In this document: one piece after another, positions 25,714 through 28,656 of the stretch
How positions within the stretch are numbered: the first letter of the stretch is position 1
Layout: each line of letters begins with the position of its first letter
Source of the DNA: Bacteroidota bacterium
GTDB lineage: Bacteria; Bacteroidota; Bacteroidia; Chitinophagales; Saprospiraceae
Direction of reading: 5' to 3'
NCBI GenBank assembly: GCA_041159285.1
Contig: JBEAYO010000001.1
Location: forward strand, 1-28,656
Length of the DNA: 28,656 nucleotides
The notes under the pieces: model-generated
Told to the model about the DNA's origin: nothing
What the model saw: the letters and a program-made list of their open reading frames with translations, nothing else
Database searches by the model: none
Translations under genes and position numbers: made by a program

Positions 25714-26571
25714 ATGGTAAAAATCATAGAGTGCCCGAGGGATGCCATGCAAGGTATAAGGCAGTTCATCCCCACGGATGTAAAGGTACGCTATATCAAC
25801 CAATTGCTAAAGGTTGGATTTGACACCATTGATTTCGGGAGTTTTGTGTCTCCCAAGGCAATCCCACAGATGCGGGACACGGCTGAGGTGCTTTCTCAGT
25901 TGGAGTTCGGGGACAGTTCTACCCGCTTGCTGGCCATTGTTGCTAACCGCCGGGGAGCAGAAGAGGCTTCTGCTTTTCCAGCGATTGATTTCCTGGGGTA
26001 CCCGTTTTCAATATCGGAGACCTTCCAGATGCGGAACACCAATGCGACTATATCGGAGTCCCTCGAATTGGTTCGCGACATTCAGCAGATTTGCCGACAG
26101 AGTAAAAAGGAACTCGTCGTGTATGTATCCATGGGATTTGGAAACCCTTATGGCGACCCTTGGAACGTCGACATCGTAAGCCGCTGGGTGGATGAACTGG
26201 CTGCCCTGGGCATCCGGATCATTCAGCTGTCTGACACCATTGGCGTATCGAATGTCGCCAGCATCGTCTATTTATTTTCGAGCCTATTGCCCAAATACGA
26301 GCCTTTGGGTATAGAAATAGGTGCCCATCTGCACACGGAGCCCCACAACTGGAGGGAAAAAGTGGAGGCAGCCTTTCAGAGCGGCTGCAGGCGCTTTGAC
26401 GGCGCCATGAAGGGCTATGGAGGCTGCCCCATGGCCAGAGACGAATTGACCGGCAATATGCCCACTGAGCTCATGTTTTCCTTCTTCAAAGAACAGGGTA
26501 CAGAAACAGGAGTTGACGAGCAGGAACTTCGACAGAGCCTCGCAATGGCCAGTGACATTTTCCTGAATTAG
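25714..26571 (+). CDS. mvaB: Hydroxymethylglutaryl-CoA lyase
   Basis: IIECPRDAMQG (DRE-TIM motif), DFGSFVSPKAIPQM, LSDTIG, GAHLHT metal ligands, GYGGCPMA catalytic Cys, GNMPTE. Confidence 0.93.
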   Translation: MVKIIECPRDAMQGIRQFIPTDVKVRYINQLLKVGFDTIDFGSFVSPKAIPQMRDTAEVLSQLEFGDSSTRLLAIVANRRGAEEASAFPAIDFLGYPFSISETFQMRNTNATISESLELVRDIQQICRQSKKELVVYVSMGFGNPYGDPWNVDIVSRWVDELAALGIRIIQLSDTIGVSNVASIVYLFSSLLPKYEPLGIEIGAHLHTEPHNWREKVEAAFQSGCRRFDGAMKGYGGCPMARDELTGNMPTELMFSFFKEQGTETGVDEQELRQSLAMASDIFLN

Positions 26572-26608
26572 AGCATGTTTAAAACTTCAAGCGATAAATC
26601 CTACAGTC

Positions 26609-27082
26609 ATGGAACGAAAAATTGACCAGCTACTTAACAAGTACGGCGAGAGCCATCAAAACGGCGTGAACAAACTCATCCACTGGATTTGTGTGCCGAG
26701 CATCATGTTCAGTCTTTTTGGACTGCTGTTTTCCATCCCTTTTATTGGGGAGCGCACACTCTTCACCAACTGGGCAGCGGTGCTACTGGCAGCGGCCCTG
26801 GTGTATTACCTTCGGCTGTCGATTCCCATGTTCCTGGGCTTCGTGATCATCGGAGGCGGCATGCTGTACGGCGTGAATTACATCTATGAAATGACCTTTA
26901 ACGATGCAGTCATGCTGGCGATCATTTCATTTTTCATATTTTTCATGGCCTGGGTCGGGCAGTTTGTCGGACACAAAATCGAGGGTAAGAAACCCTCCTT
27001 CCTGGAGGACATCCAGTTTTTGCTGGTAGGGCCGGCCTGGCTGTTGCATTTTATCTTTCGACAAGTCGGAATTAAGTATTGA
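26609..27082 (+). CDS. Mpo1-like / DUF962 membrane protein
   Basis: YGESHQNGVNKLIHWICVPSI and WVGQFVGHKIEGKKPSFLEDIQFLLVGPAWLL motifs. Confidence 0.88.
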   Translation: MERKIDQLLNKYGESHQNGVNKLIHWICVPSIMFSLFGLLFSIPFIGERTLFTNWAAVLLAAALVYYLRLSIPMFLGFVIIGGGMLYGVNYIYEMTFNDAVMLAIISFFIFFMAWVGQFVGHKIEGKKPSFLEDIQFLLVGPAWLLHFIFRQVGIKY

Positions 27083-27121
27083 GGAAATTGGTCCTGAGGT
27101 GCCGGTGCCAGGCTTCAGGTA

Positions 27122-27616
27122 TCAGTCCAGCTCGACGATCTTGCCGTAAGGCAGGAGTTCGAGTTCCCTGGCAGTGCTTTCATCCGGGTTGAATTGATCG
27201 GTACTGGCTGATGTCTGTCCGCTGACGATATAAATCGACATGTCCTCGTCGACTTTAGCGACAGACCGGATGATGTTATCTTCATCCCAGTAGGTGCCAG
27301 CGATGACCTCGCGATCGATGAGTTTACCACCCTTTTCGAAGGTGGCGAGTATGAACTGGTAACCTTGCACAGAGGCCTTCCAGTAAACAAGCGCATGATA
27401 TTCCGTGATGCCTGCCAGTCTGAGGCAGGGAACGTATTCGGTGAGTTCATCGTTCACATCGCCGAACAAACGTTCGAATGGAAGAATGTGCTCCTCAATG
27501 AGTCGTTCAGGCAAAGGGTCATTCTCTGCGGCAAAGAGGGAGCTGCTTTCTTCTGTCAGAGAAACAGGAAGCGATACCTCGGGAAATCTTTCTATGAATG
27601 CGTCGAAACTCAGCAT
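27122..27616 (-). CDS. Hypothetical soluble protein (164 aa)
   Basis: Long acidic ORF filling the gap, convergent with DUF962, with a TAnnTTTG box upstream; no family recognised. Confidence 0.75.
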   Translation of the reverse strand: MLSFDAFIERFPEVSLPVSLTEESSSLFAAENDPLPERLIEEHILPFERLFGDVNDELTEYVPCLRLAGITEYHALVYWKASVQGYQFILATFEKGGKLIDREVIAGTYWDEDNIIRSVAKVDEDMSIYIVSGQTSASTDQFNPDESTARELELLPYGKIVELD

Positions 27617-27701
27617 TTGGCGTTGATGGCTTTATGGAAAAATGTTTGTTGAATAATTTTGATGCTTTGAAGGCCCTGGCCTAATGTGGGCATTTCATTT
27701 G

Positions 27702-27709
27702 CAAAAATA
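27702..27709 (-). promoter_or_regulatory. Bacteroidota -7 promoter box (TATTTTTG on the minus strand)
   Basis: caaaaata on + reads tatttttg(ca) on -, ~85 nt upstream of the 27616 start, in the divergent gap with murB. Confidence 0.4.
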
Positions 27710-27719
27710 CCTTGGTGGA

Positions 27720-28656
27720 ATGGTTATCCAAAAAAATGTCTCTTTAAAAGGACTCAATACCTTCGGAATTGATGTTAAAGCGGCTCACTTCGTGACTGTC
27801 AACTCTGAGGATGCGCTCAGAGAAGTTCTTTCGCTTGGCATCAGGCCCCTGCATATACTTGGAGGTGGCAGCAACCTGCTCATACAGGGAAATTTGGATG
27901 GGATAGTAGTCAAGAATGAGATCAGTGGCATTGAAATGAAGCCTGAGACCCCTTCAACTGTGCTGGTAGGTGCCGGTGGGGGAGGCAACTGGCACGATCT
28001 GGTGGTCTGGTGCCTGGACAGGGGTTTGTGCGGGCTTGAAAATCTATCCCTCATCCCCGGCAGCGTGGGCGCTGCTCCCATTCAGAACATCGGTGCTTAC
28101 GGGGTAGAGTTAAAGGACGTTTTTTTCGAGTTGGAGGCTGTTCATATTGAAACCGGGGAGCTGCAAAGGTTCGACCGCAATGCCTGTCGCTTCGGATACC
28201 GGGAGAGCATATTCAAACAAGAGCTGAAAGGGAAGTACTTTATCACCAGGGTGTGGTTGCGGCTCTCTACCCTGCCCTGTTTAAACACCGGCTACGGAGA
28301 CATACAAAAGACCTTGTCGGAAATGGGCATTTCAAATCCTGGAATCCGAGATGTGAGCAATGCTGTCATTCAGATACGGAAGAGCAAGTTGCCGGATCCG
28401 GCAGTGATTGGCAATGCCGGCAGTTTTTTCAAGAATCCTGAGGTCACGCAGGATCAGTTCCGGACCTTACAGGCGAAGTTTCCGGACATTCCCAACTATC
28501 CTCAATCATCAGGTACTGTCAAAATCCCGGCGGGATGGCTCATACAGCGTACCGGCTGGAAAGGCCGGCAGTTGGGCAAGGCAGGATGCCACGACCGTCA
28601 AGCGCTTGTGCTGGTCAATCTGGGGGGGGCTACCGGTGCTGAAGTTTTAACCCTTG
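27720..28656 (+). CDS. murB: UDP-N-acetylmuramate dehydrogenase (UDP-N-acetylenolpyruvoylglucosamine reductase), 3'-truncated
   Basis: Absent from the ORF track because it has no stop in the window. Manual translation from ATG 27720: MVIQKNVSLKGLNTFGIDVKA...ILGGGSNLL...GLENLSLIPGSVGAAPIQNIGAYGVE...FGYRESIFK...LPDPAVIGNAGSFFKNP...IPAGWLI...HDRQALVLVN. Confidence 0.96.
   Translation, partial: MVIQKNVSLKGLNTFGIDVKAAHFVTVNSEDALREVLSLGIRPLHILGGGSNLLIQGNLDGIVVKNEISGIEMKPETPSTVLVGAGGGGNWHDLVVWCLDRGLCGLENLSLIPGSVGAAPIQNIGAYGVELKDVFFELEAVHIETGELQRFDRNACRFGYRESIFKQELKGKYFITRVWLRLSTLPCLNTGYGDIQKTLSEMGISNPGIRDVSNAVIQIRKSKLPDPAVIGNAGSFFKNPEVTQDQFRTLQAKFPDIPNYPQSSGTVKIPAGWLIQRTGWKGRQLGKAGCHDRQALVLVNLGGATGAEVLTL

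Noticed and set aside
1311-28650. Numerous 60-190 aa ORFs antisense or out of frame to the long genes (e.g. 11072..11638, 17924..18466, 23227..23802, 24274..24783, 27785..28081, 28408..28650)
   Set aside because: Fully contained in well-supported CDSs and lacking motifs; typical shadow ORFs.

Overview
Chromosomal window from a Bacteroidota bacterium, plausibly Saprospiraceae (inference from a T9SS type-A C-terminal domain, TAnnTTTG -7 promoter boxes, A-rich SD-less starts, signal peptides cleaved before Gln, and a DUF5686 protein). Left to right: (1) the tail of a surface-glycan cluster (5'-truncated coiled-coil/GT4/GT2 multidomain glycosyltransferase, GT-C-like membrane protein, two sulfotransferases, a SAM methyltransferase); (2) a T9SS cargo carrying a phage-tail-fibre-type self-cleaving S74 chaperone, with a near-perfect palindromic terminator; (3) a small exported leader ORF followed by a SulP-DabA-DabB inorganic-carbon uptake operon, with DabA zinc ligands intact and an atypical DabB charged axis; (4) an intergenic region holding what looks like a ~135-bp inverted-repeat element nested inside a decayed copy of itself; (5) a DUF1800-DUF1501-PA14 secreted-protein operon followed by a second ~140-bp inverted-repeat element sharing the same hairpin core; (6) housekeeping-type genes (DUF5686 OM protein, HMG-CoA lyase, Mpo1/DUF962, hypotheticals, 3'-truncated murB that the ORF track missed). 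No rRNA, tRNA, CRISPR array or transposase seen. All family assignments are by-eye motif recognition; no searches were run.
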